Below, one piece after another: positions 40,723 to 51,264 of a stretch of DNA of 64,000 bases. The stretch is from a virus, in the IMG/VR virus record IMGVR_UViG_3300046314_000148, positions 32,001 to 96,000 of that record. The stretch is one strand, 5' to 3'. The position numbers were made by a program, and so were the translations under genes. Each line of letters opens with the position of its first letter. Position 1 is the first letter of the stretch. Under the pieces are notes generated by a model that was not told the origin of the DNA, searched no databases, and saw nothing but the letters and a program-made list of their open reading frames with translations.

Positions 40723-41474
40723 TATTGATGATAAAGATGTTACTGATTATATATGGATATAGCGTATAAGTGAGATTTGGTAGAGAGATATGGATAATGG
40801 AGCGTATATAATGCGGCAATCGTAATACTTTTCCGCAGATTCTTCGGTCTATCTATTCAAATCCGCATATCCTTCTATGCACATAACTATCCAAATGTCA
40901 ATACTTGTTACCAAAATGTTATATATAAATCTGGAAAAATATAGCCATATCGTAATGTTATTTAAATAAACATACATGCTTTATATCAAAACATATAACA
41001 AATTGGGGATAACTTTATATCAGGATATCAGAGCTATGTGTTATTACTACTAGGGGGAAAGTTGCTATAGATCGTAATCTATTTTGTACCCTGGACTTTG
41101 TCCAGATCCTTAACAGGATGAGTAGTAATTATATCTGGGGTATAAGAGAACAGTCTAGCTATACCAGTAACACTAGTAAAGGCAAACCATAGAGAGGTAT
41201 GACCTTCTATCTTCTTTACTACGTCTTTATGTATAGGTAGGTTATTTGCATTGGCAAAATGTCTTGGACTCATATATATATTATACCCTTGAATCTGGAA
41301 AAATAATGATCTATCGTAATACTATTTGACAAATAGGATATCTGCCATGAATCTGGAAAAATATTTGATCTTCGTAATGTCTTTGTATATAGTACATGCT
41401 TGACAAAGCTTGAAATATGTGGTCGCCCCCAGAAAAGCCCTCTTGTCAAGGGCTAATCCAGTTTCTTTTATAGA

Positions 41475-41738
41475 TTACTCATCAAGGCTACCGAGCAACT
41501 CGTCTAAGTCCTCGAATGTCAAGTCCTCGTAGCCAAGACCAGCAAGCAATAGGTCAAACGATTCCTCGATAAAGCGAGTAGCAACGGGTGTAGTCTTGAC
41601 AATGTCGTTTGCGATAGCGTAGGCAAGTGGCAAGCCAATGTCGTTGTATTCTACAAAGTCAGCAAACTCCTCGTCTTGACGATAGTTGAGCCATAGGTCA
41701 GCAAGGATACTTGCCTTGTTATCGAATGTAGTTGCCAT
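41475..41738 (-). CDS. hypothetical early-region protein
   Basis: RBS AAAGGA; acidic. Confidence 0.7.
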   Translation of the reverse strand: MATTFDNKASILADLWLNYRQDEEFADFVEYNDIGLPLAYAIANDIVKTTPVATRFIEESFDLLLAGLGYEDLTFEDLDELLGSLDE

Positions 41739-41910
41739 TTTGTTCCTTTTCGTATTTAGCGGATTCTGCGATTTCTTGTAGTCTGCGGTATGTTATGTTA
41801 TTTGTTCTGGCGAAATAGATTCCTAGTTGCTCAATGTCTATCGTTAGGTCATTTATCAACTTACTTATTCTCTCTGCCAGTTTTTCCTCTACCGATTCTT
41901 TTCTGGGCAT
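41719..41910 (-). CDS. hypothetical early-region protein
   Basis: TTGAC promoter upstream; RBS AGGA. Confidence 0.65.
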   Translation of the reverse strand: MPRKESVEEKLAERISKLINDLTIDIEQLGIYFARTNNITYRRLQEIAESAKYEKEQNGNYIR

Positions 41911-42102
41911 TATGTTTCCTATTCAGTTATGCTCTTATTGTATCAAAACTAGAGGGGGAAGTCAAGAGTATTACGTCCTAACTTCCCCCCTGCTTTGCAC
42001 AGACAACCAACCCCTTAGTCTCTGTGCTATGGCGAGGAGTAGTCTCAACCCACCAAATCTATTAAGTTATATATTAATTATATCTCAAAACGGAGGTGCC
42101 CG

Positions 42103-42453
42103 TTAGAACAAGACTTCTTCAGCGTACGTAGGCAGGCCATAGAAGATGGCACGGAGCCTGTCGCTTAGCATGTCATCCTTATCAGCAATGAAGCCATTCA
42201 GGCCATACCATAGGTCTGGTTCGTGGTCCTGAAAGTATGGGTCATTAAGAATAAGATTATTAGTCTCAGCTTGTGTTAGCTCGATCGGTTCTCCCAACTC
42301 TTCGTGGGTAGTTGCTCCTTGGTATTCATTCACCTGATAGATATGAATGTACCATGGACCACTGTGCTCGTAGATAGGGAATGCATCTGCATCTAGGCCT
42401 ACCTCCAACTCACGCTGGAAGATGTTTAGGTCATAGTCAATCTCATTACTCAT
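42103..42453 (-). CDS. hypothetical early-region protein
   Basis: RBS AAGGA before MSNEID. Confidence 0.65.
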   Translation of the reverse strand: MSNEIDYDLNIFQRELEVGLDADAFPIYEHSGPWYIHIYQVNEYQGATTHEELGEPIELTQAETNNLILNDPYFQDHEPDLWYGLNGFIADKDDMLSDRLRAIFYGLPTYAEEVLF

Positions 42454-42634
42454 TTGATTCCTTCTTAGCACCGATGGTAACATTGGTATGTACGTGGTAG
42501 TACTTCTCTACAAGTAGTCTGGCATTCTCCCAGTACTCTAGTTCGATGGCGGTATCCTTATGCATTTGGACTAGGTCATCCACTAGTGCACGGACAATGC
42601 GTTCCTTGCTGTGCAAATCAAAACCATTAGACAT
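42446..42634 (-). CDS. hypothetical early-region protein
   Basis: Overlapping operon organisation. Confidence 0.55.
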   Translation of the reverse strand: MSNGFDLHSKERIVRALVDDLVQMHKDTAIELEYWENARLLVEKYYHVHTNVTIGAKKESNE

Positions 42635-42914
42635 AGTGCAAACCTTCTTCTTCAGTCTCGTGCTCTGGACATCCACAGCAGTTCAAGCAAAACTCTTTCT
42701 GGTCAGGACATCTAAACACGTCCATGATTACTTCGCTATCTGAAGTTAGATAAACCTGACAGTCATCACAGATTTCTACTTCATCCTCGTCTAGCAGTTG
42801 GAAGACTTCTCCAGCCTCTACGTGGTTGTAGAACTTCTCAATCAGTTCTTTCTCCCACTGTGGGTCAATTAGCAGGGTGTATTTCTTAACTAACAATTGG
42901 GGCCTCTTCTCCAT
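42627..42914 (-). CDS. Cys-rich hypothetical protein
   Basis: CDDC...C...CLNCCGC. Confidence 0.6.
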   Translation of the reverse strand: MEKRPQLLVKKYTLLIDPQWEKELIEKFYNHVEAGEVFQLLDEDEVEICDDCQVYLTSDSEVIMDVFRCPDQKEFCLNCCGCPEHETEEEGLHYV

Positions 42915-43305
42915 AGATGTCCTTCAATGCTACCACAGAGTCACAGTCAATGTCAATCATGCCTTCATCGCATTCTTCACAGGCAGGGTCTGCTTCCCAA
43001 TCTGTCTCTTCAGTACGGCAGTCGCAGTCACGGTATACCCAAGTAGGAATCTCGGTGTACTCATCTTCCCAAGGATTCTCGGTGATGTAGTACTGGATAC
43101 GGTTTACAAAACTATAGCCAGCGACAATGTAAGTGCCACCGTCGCCATCAATCTCAGTCCAGATAAACTTAGGGTCATAGTTGCGAATGAACTCCTGCTC
43201 TTCTCCATAGGTCTCGAAGGCAAAGAAATCTAAATCATTCTTAAATTTATTATTGATTGGCTTGAAGGTATCTACCCAAGATTGGTAGGTATAAAACTTT
43301 GACAT
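42886..43305 (-). CDS. conserved phage hypothetical protein
   Basis: FETYG.E..F...IWT..DGD...GY.FVNRI.YYIT. Confidence 0.7.
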   Translation of the reverse strand: MSKFYTYQSWVDTFKPINNKFKNDLDFFAFETYGEEQEFIRNYDPKFIWTEIDGDGGTYIVAGYSFVNRIQYYITENPWEDEYTEIPTWVYRDCDCRTEETDWEADPACEECDEGMIDIDCDSVVALKDIYGEEAPIVS

Positions 43306-43314
43306 GGGGTCTCC

Positions 43315-43821
43315 TTAGAAGTGGAAGTCTACAGGTATAAGATACCATGAATCATCAAGTTTGTCAAGCATATACTGGAAATTAGTTGAGCCAGTTTCTG
43401 CGTCGTAGAAGTATGAGTTGAAGTCCCAGTTACCAGCCAGCATGTCAATACACTTAGACAAAGAATAAAGACTGAAAGCATAATCAGTGTTACCCTGATA
43501 CTTATCTAACTCAGTATTGATATCTAGAGTTGATAGGTTTTTGCGGTATACGTCAAACTCTTGCTTCCGTGCCTCAATGGCCCAATCAATCTTTTCCTGA
43601 ATGCCTTCACGGCCATGCTTAGTAAAACTAATAATGTGATTAGGTGAACTCTTATAAGGGTCACCGTCTACAAAACGACCTCCGCCAATAACGAACCAGT
43701 CATACCATGAATTATGTGCATACTCATTGCCACCCATTTCTGAGTTTAGAGTATCTTCGGCTACTCGCATAGCCATGTCTTCATCTTCTGCTCTTACAGC
43801 AATGTATTGTAAAACGTGCAT
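43315..43821 (-). CDS. conserved phage hypothetical protein
   Basis: WYDWFVIGGGRF...VDFHF. Confidence 0.7.
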   Translation of the reverse strand: MHVLQYIAVRAEDEDMAMRVAEDTLNSEMGGNEYAHNSWYDWFVIGGGRFVDGDPYKSSPNHIISFTKHGREGIQEKIDWAIEARKQEFDVYRKNLSTLDINTELDKYQGNTDYAFSLYSLSKCIDMLAGNWDFNSYFYDAETGSTNFQYMLDKLDDSWYLIPVDFHF

Positions 43822-43864
43822 TGGGGTTCTTTCTTTTGGGGTATATATATATTATGACATGTGG

Positions 43865-44362
43865 CTAGGCATTTGTCAAGTCTTTTTCAAAAGAATTTAG
43901 ATAGTCGTCTAGCATAGGCAACCCGAAGATCGAATACTCTTCCGTAATGCCATTGTACTTGCTAATAAACTTATTAGTCTGGAAGTCAATCTCATAATAC
44001 CCCTCGCAGAATAGGTCATCCGCTGCGAAGTCAATGGAGTTTACAAGTGGCACGTTAGTCTTGTCACGAACTACCTCTAGGATTTCACATCCAGTATCCC
44101 TGGTGAGCGACGGGTATGACTCTTTGAAAGCGTCTACGCCAGCTCGGTTAGTAACCTCATTATAAATGGAATCAACTTCCTCATCCGTAATGAAACGGGT
44201 AAACTCAATGCCAGCCTTTAGGTAGTTCACATTCTGTGAGTCAGACAGGAAGTGCAGAATCCATGCACCTGTGTGTGAAGGGTAGCCATCCCATTGGCCA
44301 TACTGTGCAATCTTAATCTCGCCTAGTTCATTCTTTACAACTGTTAGGTTACGTGTACCCAT
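43865..44362 (-). CDS. conserved phage hypothetical protein (MGTR...QY.QWDGYP type)
   Basis: RBS GAAAGGA before MGTRNLT. Confidence 0.7.
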   Translation of the reverse strand: MGTRNLTVVKNELGEIKIAQYGQWDGYPSHTGAWILHFLSDSQNVNYLKAGIEFTRFITDEEVDSIYNEVTNRAGVDAFKESYPSLTRDTGCEILEVVRDKTNVPLVNSIDFAADDLFCEGYYEIDFQTNKFISKYNGITEEYSIFGLPMLDDYLNSFEKDLTNA

Positions 44363-44522
44363 GCTGGGTCCTTTCGTTGGGGTTATCGAATACTCTATTC
44401 TCTCACAGAACTGGGGAAAAGTCAAGCCTATCGTAATTGAATTTATAATGAGTTGCTATACTAGTTAGTTTGTGGCCGCCCCAGATCCCCAGCTTTGTCA
44501 AGCCAGGGACCAGGCGTGTCGC

Positions 44523-45530
44523 TTATGCCATAGCGACTTGCTGAACAATCTTTAGCAGACGGTTCTTCTCGGCGTTCACCATTGGGTCAAAGCCTGAAGC
44601 CGAAGCCAAGATAGATTCGTTAGAGCCACCACGAGAGTTGCGATACCAGTCAAGACGCTCGGTTAGTCCGTTCAAAGCACCCCAAGCAGTTCCAGCAATC
44701 ATGCCGTTTTGGTTGCCACGATAGATAGACTGAATCAAGTCAATCTTGCCGTCATACTTCTTCTGTGAACCCTTAGCGTCCTTAGCAGGGGCAGGGTAGG
44801 CAAGGGCAACAATCTCCTCGAACTGACGCTCGGTGATAGTCTTTTCAATCATAGCCTGTGCCATCTTGTCGAACTCGTCCATGTATTTGTTAGCCAAGCC
44901 AAGAGCCTCACGAGCAACGGCAATCTTGCCTTCTGCTGTCTGAGTGTGGCGAATCTTGAAAGACTGCTTAGGACCTTTTCGGTTAGCACCAAGAGCAAGG
45001 TTTAGAGTGTTAGCACATACAACACGAACAGGGGTAATGCTTGCCTGAATAGCAACTGAACCATCGTGAGAGGTGTTGATTAGCAGATAGGTGTTGATTT
45101 TGTCACTAACGCCAGTAGGGTCTAGGATAGTCTCACGCTCAAGAGCAAGTGAACCGAATACCTGACGACCACCCTTGATAGAGCCAGCAGTCTCCCAGCG
45201 TCCTCCGCCATCGAGAATGTTGTCACCAAAAGCAAACAGGTCTTCGTTCTGAAGCACCTTGTAACGCTCGCCAACAACACCAAGAATGTCGTTCTGGGTC
45301 TTGTCGAATGGGTTAGTTCGGGTAACGAAAGAATAGGTCTTGTCTGAGTTGAAGCCATCAGGGGTAGCAACATCTTCTAGACGAACATTCCAGTTGTCAA
45401 GGTGTGCCAACTTTAGCATTTTCTGAGTAGTGACTTCTTCGGTAAAGACTGTTCCAAGTCCATGCCATGCTGGCTCTCGCAATGAAGCGAAAGCGGTCTG
45501 TCCATCTACTGATTCTAGTTCGTGAGCCAT
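44523..45530 (-). CDS. DUF932/DUF945-family protein
   Basis: AWHGLG, ETAGS..GG, SHDGS, TPVRVVCANTL, RHT. Confidence 0.88.
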   Translation of the reverse strand: MAHELESVDGQTAFASLREPAWHGLGTVFTEEVTTQKMLKLAHLDNWNVRLEDVATPDGFNSDKTYSFVTRTNPFDKTQNDILGVVGERYKVLQNEDLFAFGDNILDGGGRWETAGSIKGGRQVFGSLALERETILDPTGVSDKINTYLLINTSHDGSVAIQASITPVRVVCANTLNLALGANRKGPKQSFKIRHTQTAEGKIAVAREALGLANKYMDEFDKMAQAMIEKTITERQFEEIVALAYPAPAKDAKGSQKKYDGKIDLIQSIYRGNQNGMIAGTAWGALNGLTERLDWYRNSRGGSNESILASASGFDPMVNAEKNRLLKIVQQVAMA

Positions 45531-45570
45531 GGGGAGCCAACTTTCTTTAGGGGTGATTAGTTATAGTATT

Positions 45571-45599
45571 ATTTTACAGGATACCACCGACAATGTCAA
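45571..45599 (-). promoter_or_regulatory. strong sigmaA promoter of the DUF932 gene
   Basis: TTGACA-N17-TAAAAT on the minus strand. Confidence 0.8.
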
Positions 45600-45994
45600 C
45601 TCTATTTAGCAAACATTTTGGGGACATCTTAAAGCTATCGTAAATAGTTGACTTTTGATCTCGGATGGGGGCGGCCCAGAAAAGTGGCCAGTTTTTCGTC
45701 ATGGCCAGGACGTTTCATACCCCTATGAAAACATGCGACGTGATTCTCTCTCGAGCACATCTAGTTTGTCAATTAGCTCCGACAGTAGGTCCCTGTAGTA
45801 GCCTGCATCAAAGTTATATTTATGAGACTCAAGATATTCATCATGCAGTTCAACAGTGTACTGTCTGATTAGTTTATTTAGTTTACTCTTCGTCATCGTG
45901 TCCCCAAAAGTTATTAGAGCAGTCTAGGCAAAGGCCTAGTTCTTCTGCATGGATGTCTGCGTCAACCATTGTTCCACAATCAACGCAAGGTAGT

Positions 45995-46177
45995 TCACTC
46001 GTCTTCTTCGTCATCTTCATCCTCTTCTTCTGGCAGTTCTTCTACGGTAATTTCATCTACCTCTGCAGAATGGCTCCAGTTCTCATAGTTCCAGCCTGCC
46101 TTCTCGGCTTCTTCCTCGTTTTCGAACTCATCTTCAGTCCAGTATTCAACGACGGTCTTTACATAAAACTTTGGCAT
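45995..46177 (-). CDS. small acidic protein
   Basis: Very acidic 60-aa ORF with RBS. Confidence 0.6.
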   Translation of the reverse strand: MPKFYVKTVVEYWTEDEFENEEEAEKAGWNYENWSHSAEVDEITVEELPEEEDEDDEEDE

Positions 46178-46340
46178 TCGCTTATCCTAACATCATCATC
46201 TCGAATTGTAGCCAGTCATCAAACTCATACTGGCAATCATTACATAGGGAGTGAACCGAGTCTACTGGGTCATAGTCTAGGGTTTCTTCGCATTGATAGC
46301 ATTTGTTCATAGTGTCTACTTTAGCATTACCCTCGGACAT

Positions 46341-46526
46341 TTAGCAACTCCCATCGGTAGGAATCTGCTCTTCTGGCACACCCATCATTCTTAGGACAGA
46401 CTGGCTTCTGTTGATGAGTCCCTCGAGGTAGTCACCAAACGAATCGTTGATGTCTAGACCCTCTTTCTCATCGATGAACATAGCGGTATCACTAAGTAGA
46501 TAGTTGATAATCTCTTCGTTAGTCAT
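46341..46526 (-). CDS. hypothetical early-region protein
   Basis: MTNEEIINYLL... Confidence 0.55.
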   Translation of the reverse strand: MTNEEIINYLLSDTAMFIDEKEGLDINDSFGDYLEGLINRSQSVLRMMGVPEEQIPTDGSC

Positions 46527-46862
46527 TGCCTTAGCCAACTGTTTCCTCCTCGACCTGAATTGACCAGTCACCGTTAGGCAGCCATTCGTGCTGGGCGATG
46601 GCTTGTGAGATTACTTCATCTTCACTTAGTTTCTCATCTGACTCAACTTCATACCAAGCAGAGTATTCAATCTCGTAGCGGTATCCCATTAGTTGTTCTC
46701 CTCTTCATACTGGCATAGGCAAGGTGTAACACGGATAAGTCCCCTGCTTTGGTGAACAAGGGCATAACCCTCGCATGCTTCACAGAAATAGGTTGTGTCT
46801 TTGGTCAAGGTCATAGGGGTTTCCTTTCGTTGTGCTTCCATTATAGGGGTAGGGTCAGACAT

Positions 46863-47063
46863 TTAGTCAAGCCACTTAGAAACATCTTGTCCATTTAGAA
46901 CTGCTTCCATGAACGGGAACTTCTGGTAGTCTGGTAGGTCTTCCAAAACCTCAAGGTACTCTTCTGGGAACTCGTTGATGTCGGTAACAATAATGTCATC
47001 TCCACCCCAGTTGCCATCACGAGATACGTATAGAGCGTGTGGTGCAAACTTGGTGTAAGCCAT
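46863..47063 (-). CDS. hypothetical early-region protein
   Basis: RBS AAAGGAG; promoter upstream. Confidence 0.65.
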   Translation of the reverse strand: MAYTKFAPHALYVSRDGNWGGDDIIVTDINEFPEEYLEVLEDLPDYQKFPFMEAVLNGQDVSKWLD

Positions 47064-47361
47064 GATTTCTCCTTTGATTGATTACTATAACTATACAGCT
47101 ACCCTCGGACATTATGGGGATTTAATCGGCGTGTCGTAAATAAAAGTTTTTCTGGCCAGGAGGGGGCGACCCCAGATCACCACAAATGTCAAGCTTGGTT
47201 TTTGACAGATGCGGTGTGGGGTGCCAAGAGTCCTTGCGGTTGTTCCTGACTTGCTTCGTTATCGTGTTAGCCCTCACGCTTGTAAGCCGTTGCCTAGGAC
47301 ACTTACAAGAGGTTTGCTGTGAGCAGTTTACCTAGACTTGCTCAGGTCTTAGTTCATCTTG

Positions 47362-47811
47362 TTAGATGAGGTCAATAATGGAGGAGTAGGTGCTTGCGTT
47401 TACTTCCTCCTGAGTAGTCATACGCAAGATGCGTAGGTTCTGCTCTAGGACTGCCTTGCGGTTTAGGTGCTTGTTGCCAATCCACTCAGACTGGTTAGGC
47501 TTGACTGGTGCTTCAGGTCGTTTAGGGAAGCCAGCAATCTTGTCAGCATCAAAGTTTAGTTCCATACGACCAGAGTGTCCAAAGTTTAGTCGAATGTCTG
47601 AGTTGTAGTCATAGCCAATCTTATTAGCGTTCTTAGCAACAAACTCTGAAACAAACTTAGCAACCTTCTTCTTGTATGCTTCAGTTTCCTTTTCATACTT
47701 CTCAAAGTCAGCAGGGTAGGAAGCGACATCAGCGTCAATCTTAGCGATAGCAGCCTCAATCTGAGAAATGATAGCGGAGGTAGGAACTTTTACAGAGATA
47801 GCACGAGCCAT
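47362..47811 (-). CDS. hypothetical early-region protein
   Basis: Conserved 5' UTR motif; biased codons. Confidence 0.75.
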   Translation of the reverse strand: MARAISVKVPTSAIISQIEAAIAKIDADVASYPADFEKYEKETEAYKKKVAKFVSEFVAKNANKIGYDYNSDIRLNFGHSGRMELNFDADKIAGFPKRPEAPVKPNQSEWIGNKHLNRKAVLEQNLRILRMTTQEEVNASTYSSIIDLI

Positions 47812-47901
47812 TAGGGGTATTCTTTCTTTAGGGGTTGTTTAGTTAGTTGGGCAGTTTTTCCAAAAGACATACCCAGGTCTTTATCTCTAACTAAATAGAG
47901 T

Positions 47902-48057
47902 TTACTTGTCTGCCTTTACGGTAGACCAACGAGGTGAACCATTCACATCAAGACGAACTCGGAACGAGCCGTTCTTGTTTGCTACTACTTCCTGAATAAC
48001 GCCAGATACCTTTGACTTGGCGGTGGTGAACTGTGAGCCAACAGTTAGAGTGTTCAT
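47902..48057 (-). CDS. small SH3-like protein (not in ORF track)
   Basis: MNTLTVGSQFTTAKSKVSGVIQEV...RWSTVK. Confidence 0.6.
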   Translation of the reverse strand: MNTLTVGSQFTTAKSKVSGVIQEVVANKNGSFRVRLDVNGSPRWSTVKADK

Positions 48058-48620
48058 TTTGCTTCCATTCCGATACGGGTGTATCTGTGTGTTTTGTGAT
48101 TTACAACTTTTGTTGTATTACTATTATGACAGAAAGAATAGAGAATGTCAAGCACATTTGATAACTAAATGATAACAACATTTCTTTTTTATTCTTCGTG
48201 TTTCGTTCTCTGTTCTTCTGTATGTATCTATTATGGGGCATAATGGTGTGATTGTCAAGTCTAAATGCCCCTTTTTGTTTGTGGGTTTTCACAAAATCTG
48301 GGGAAAAAGATTGTTCATCTTAAACTTGACAAGACTGATCGTTTGGGGTCGCCCCCTTTCGGGGGACGTGTCAAACACGCCAGTCAAAAACAACAGCTAG
48401 AATCATCCATGCAACCATTAAAGCAAACGGACCTGCGAATAGGAAACATCCCAATAGCATTGGGTCACCGTTTACTTCTTGTTCTTGTTCTGCCATTTCT
48501 CTATTGTCCCTCCAAAGATACCGTCAAAAATCATTAGTACAGCGAGAATAATCGGGAATAGCAAGTATAACGCAAAAAGGCCTAAGATAGCAAAGATAAA
48601 TAGCCATAGGATTATTTCCA

Positions 48621-49142
48621 TTATTGGGCAGACCCCCTAACAACAATCCAGATTAGAGCCTGCATTGAGCGTGGCGTCATCCCATACTTAGCTGCAACTG
48701 TAGTTACAGCGTCTGCCATAACCTTATACTGGGCTTGAGTAGGTGACTTCTTTTCAATACCTAGGGCACGTAACATCCATACGTCAATAACAACGGCATT
48801 CTCATTGCCTGCAATAGCACGTGCAAAGGCGTTAGTCTTCTGACCCTTGAGAGCGTCAAATCCCATAGTGAGAGCATTGTTAGCCATTACGATATTGTTC
48901 TTTAGGCAAGTTACTGGTTCCCCTAGTGAGAATTGAATAGCACGTGCAACATTTACTGACCAACGTTCACGTGGTGAGAATGCCGAGACAACACTTGCCC
49001 CGACGTCAAGGGTAGTGTCAAGGTTACGTGCAACCTGTTCTGCAATACGTTCAGCGTCAACATACCATTTACTGGCTTGTTCAACCTGACCGAATGTAGC
49101 CTTCTTAGCAATATCCGAATAAATCTTTACGTAGTTAGTCAT
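48621..49142 (-). CDS. DUF7178-like protein, helical and glycosylase-related
   Basis: WY..A, SAFSPR..W..N, G.KT.AF, VIDVWM, QALIW. Confidence 0.65.
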   Translation of the reverse strand: MTNYVKIYSDIAKKATFGQVEQASKWYVDAERIAEQVARNLDTTLDVGASVVSAFSPRERWSVNVARAIQFSLGEPVTCLKNNIVMANNALTMGFDALKGQKTNAFARAIAGNENAVVIDVWMLRALGIEKKSPTQAQYKVMADAVTTVAAKYGMTPRSMQALIWIVVRGSAQ

Positions 49143-49404
49143 TGGGGTATTTCTTTCTCTTGGGGTTGTTAGATTAGTTTAGCAAACTTATTAGATAAAG
49201 TCAAACACATCGCCATCGAATCCGCCAATATCTAGATCCGCCATTAGTTCGCTTGGGCTGATCTCACCCTCGGCCATCATTGCGAATAGTTCCCTTACGT
49301 ACTCTTCATCCATTATTTTACCTTATCTAGAATTATCATTAGTTCTACCAACTGTTCATCAGTTAGTTTATCTATTGCATCATTATTGATTACATTATCA
49401 AACA

Positions 49405-49677
49405 TTAGTCTTCCTCTTCCATGCACCATGCGTCTAGGCGGTATGAATTGATTACATCAATAGCAGATACCTTATCGCTGCCACGGAATGATACGCCATC
49501 GGGAAGGGTAATCGTGCGGTTGTAGTCATCTTCCCAGTAAGCGTCAATTGCTTCAACGGCAGTAGGAATCATGCCTAGTGGAATCGGTGGATAGCAATTG
49601 CTTCTAAAGTGCATTGCCAACTGAGTTTCTAGTGTTTCGTTTAGTCCTGCAATATCCATTGCGGTTGCCATGCCCAT
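49405..49677 (-). CDS. hypothetical early-region protein
   Basis: HFRSNCYPPIP; RBS GAAAGG. Confidence 0.7.
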   Translation of the reverse strand: MGMATAMDIAGLNETLETQLAMHFRSNCYPPIPLGMIPTAVEAIDAYWEDDYNRTITLPDGVSFRGSDKVSAIDVINSYRLDAWCMEEED

Positions 49678-50012
49678 AGTGAGCCTTTCTTTTGGGGTTA
49701 TAGAATAAGTTTACAGGATTAGTTACTCATTGTCAAGGGCTTTACGCAACTTTTCTTGGCGTGTCCCCTTGTATTTTTTAGGCGTGACGACTTGCTTCTT
49801 GCCTGCCTTTAGCATATTGTGGAATAAGGCTTGCGACTCAGCCTTGCGTCTCGCTTCATTTCTTTTACCTAACATACTAAAACTTTATCACGAACCTCAG
49901 ACATTTTGGGGAATTCGGGGAAACTTTCTTAACTATCTTAAACTTGACAAATAGGGTAAAAAGGGGCGGCCAGATCCAGGAGCCTTTGTCAAGCTCCCAG
50001 TCTGGCGTGTCG

Positions 50013-50183
50013 CTAAAGTCCCTTTACGGCATTACGAAAACGAATCTCATCAAAGCGAGGATTGTCACTCTTGAACATAGAAACGAAATCGCCAACCATC
50101 TTTGTGAATAGGGCAGGGTGGGTCTTGTCGCTTGCGTAGTGTAGAATCTTTGCGGTTTCAACATAGTCTTTACGGGTCATCAT
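50013..50183 (-). CDS. small phage protein MTRKDY...DNPRFD (not in ORF track)
   Basis: Open frame of 56 aa with a recognisable phage motif. Confidence 0.65.
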   Translation of the reverse strand: MMTRKDYVETAKILHYASDKTHPALFTKMVGDFVSMFKSDNPRFDEIRFRNAVKGL

Positions 50184-50185
50184 TA

Positions 50186-50362
50186 TTAGTTACCACGGTT
50201 TTCTGCTAGGCGTAGGATAAACTGGGCAGTCTTTAGGTCAACTGCGGCTGAGGCATAGCCAACCATCGTGGCTAGGGCTAGGTCATTACGGTCACCAAAC
50301 TCTGCGTTTAGAATAGCAAGAGCCTTGTCCATTAGTTCTAGTGAGTTCTTTTCCATTTTCAT
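50186..50362 (-). CDS. hypothetical early-region protein
   Basis: RBS AGGA; promoter upstream. Confidence 0.6.
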   Translation of the reverse strand: MKMEKNSLELMDKALAILNAEFGDRNDLALATMVGYASAAVDLKTAQFILRLAENRGN

Positions 50363-50910
50363 TTCCTGCTCTTTAGATGTTTTTAGTTTAGCAGTAGGGT
50401 CAGACATTTATTTGAATGACTCAACCATTATGATTGGGTATTCCAGTCCAAACTTGAAAAGGTCACGGGTATCGACAGCGGACACGGTCATTACTCCGTC
50501 AAGTAGGAATGTAACCTTTAGCATTTCTGACTTTGGCATTAGTTGCCCTTTCTTTTTGATTATAGATTTATCTTAGCATGGGGGTCAGACATTTAAATAA
50601 AGTCTTCGACATCCAAACCAAGATAGACAATGGCTTTTGCTAGAGGTAGCAGTCCATCAAGTTCATCGCAGTTTGGGCAAACAACTGTGTCGCTAGTGAA
50701 AACACCCTCGCAGTATACGCACATCTTGTCCATTTAGTTTTCCTTTCTTCTGATACTAAAAGACTAGCACAAGCCACAGACATTTATAGCCAAAACACGA
50801 CTTTTTTCTTTGTAAGTTTCTACAAGCTTTTGGGGGATCTTTTGTAGACTACGTAAGTTATCCACAGAGTTATCCACAGGGGGCGACCCCGAAGGGGCCG
50901 ATTTGTCAAA

Positions 50911-51105
50911 TCAATCGAATGACCATTGGGAAGCATACATCTCCCCGATAGCCTCGTCACGAAGGTGGCGGTCTTCCGCCTGTCGCAGATACTCCTTCTG
51001 CTCAGGGGTCATGGCTGCGTCAAGGGCAGCCTGCTCCTCCTGCCAAGCGAGGAAAGCCTCGAACTCAGCCTGGACTTCTTCTTGGGTCATCTCTGATAGA
51101 AACAT
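50911..51105 (-). CDS. small acidic helical protein
   Basis: RBS GAAAGG; TTGACA-N17-TAGATT promoter. Confidence 0.65.
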   Translation of the reverse strand: MFLSEMTQEEVQAEFEAFLAWQEEQAALDAAMTPEQKEYLRQAEDRHLRDEAIGEMYASQWSFD

Positions 51106-51264
51106 AGTTTACCTTTCGTTATAAGATAAATCTAGCATAGGGGTCAGACATTGTCAAATCCAACACGCCAACATTCGGGGGGAAGATCTCGATCATCTTA
51201 ACTTGACAGCTTGGATCTTTTGGGGCCGCCCCTTTCGGGGTAGTTTGTCAAATCGGACACGCTG

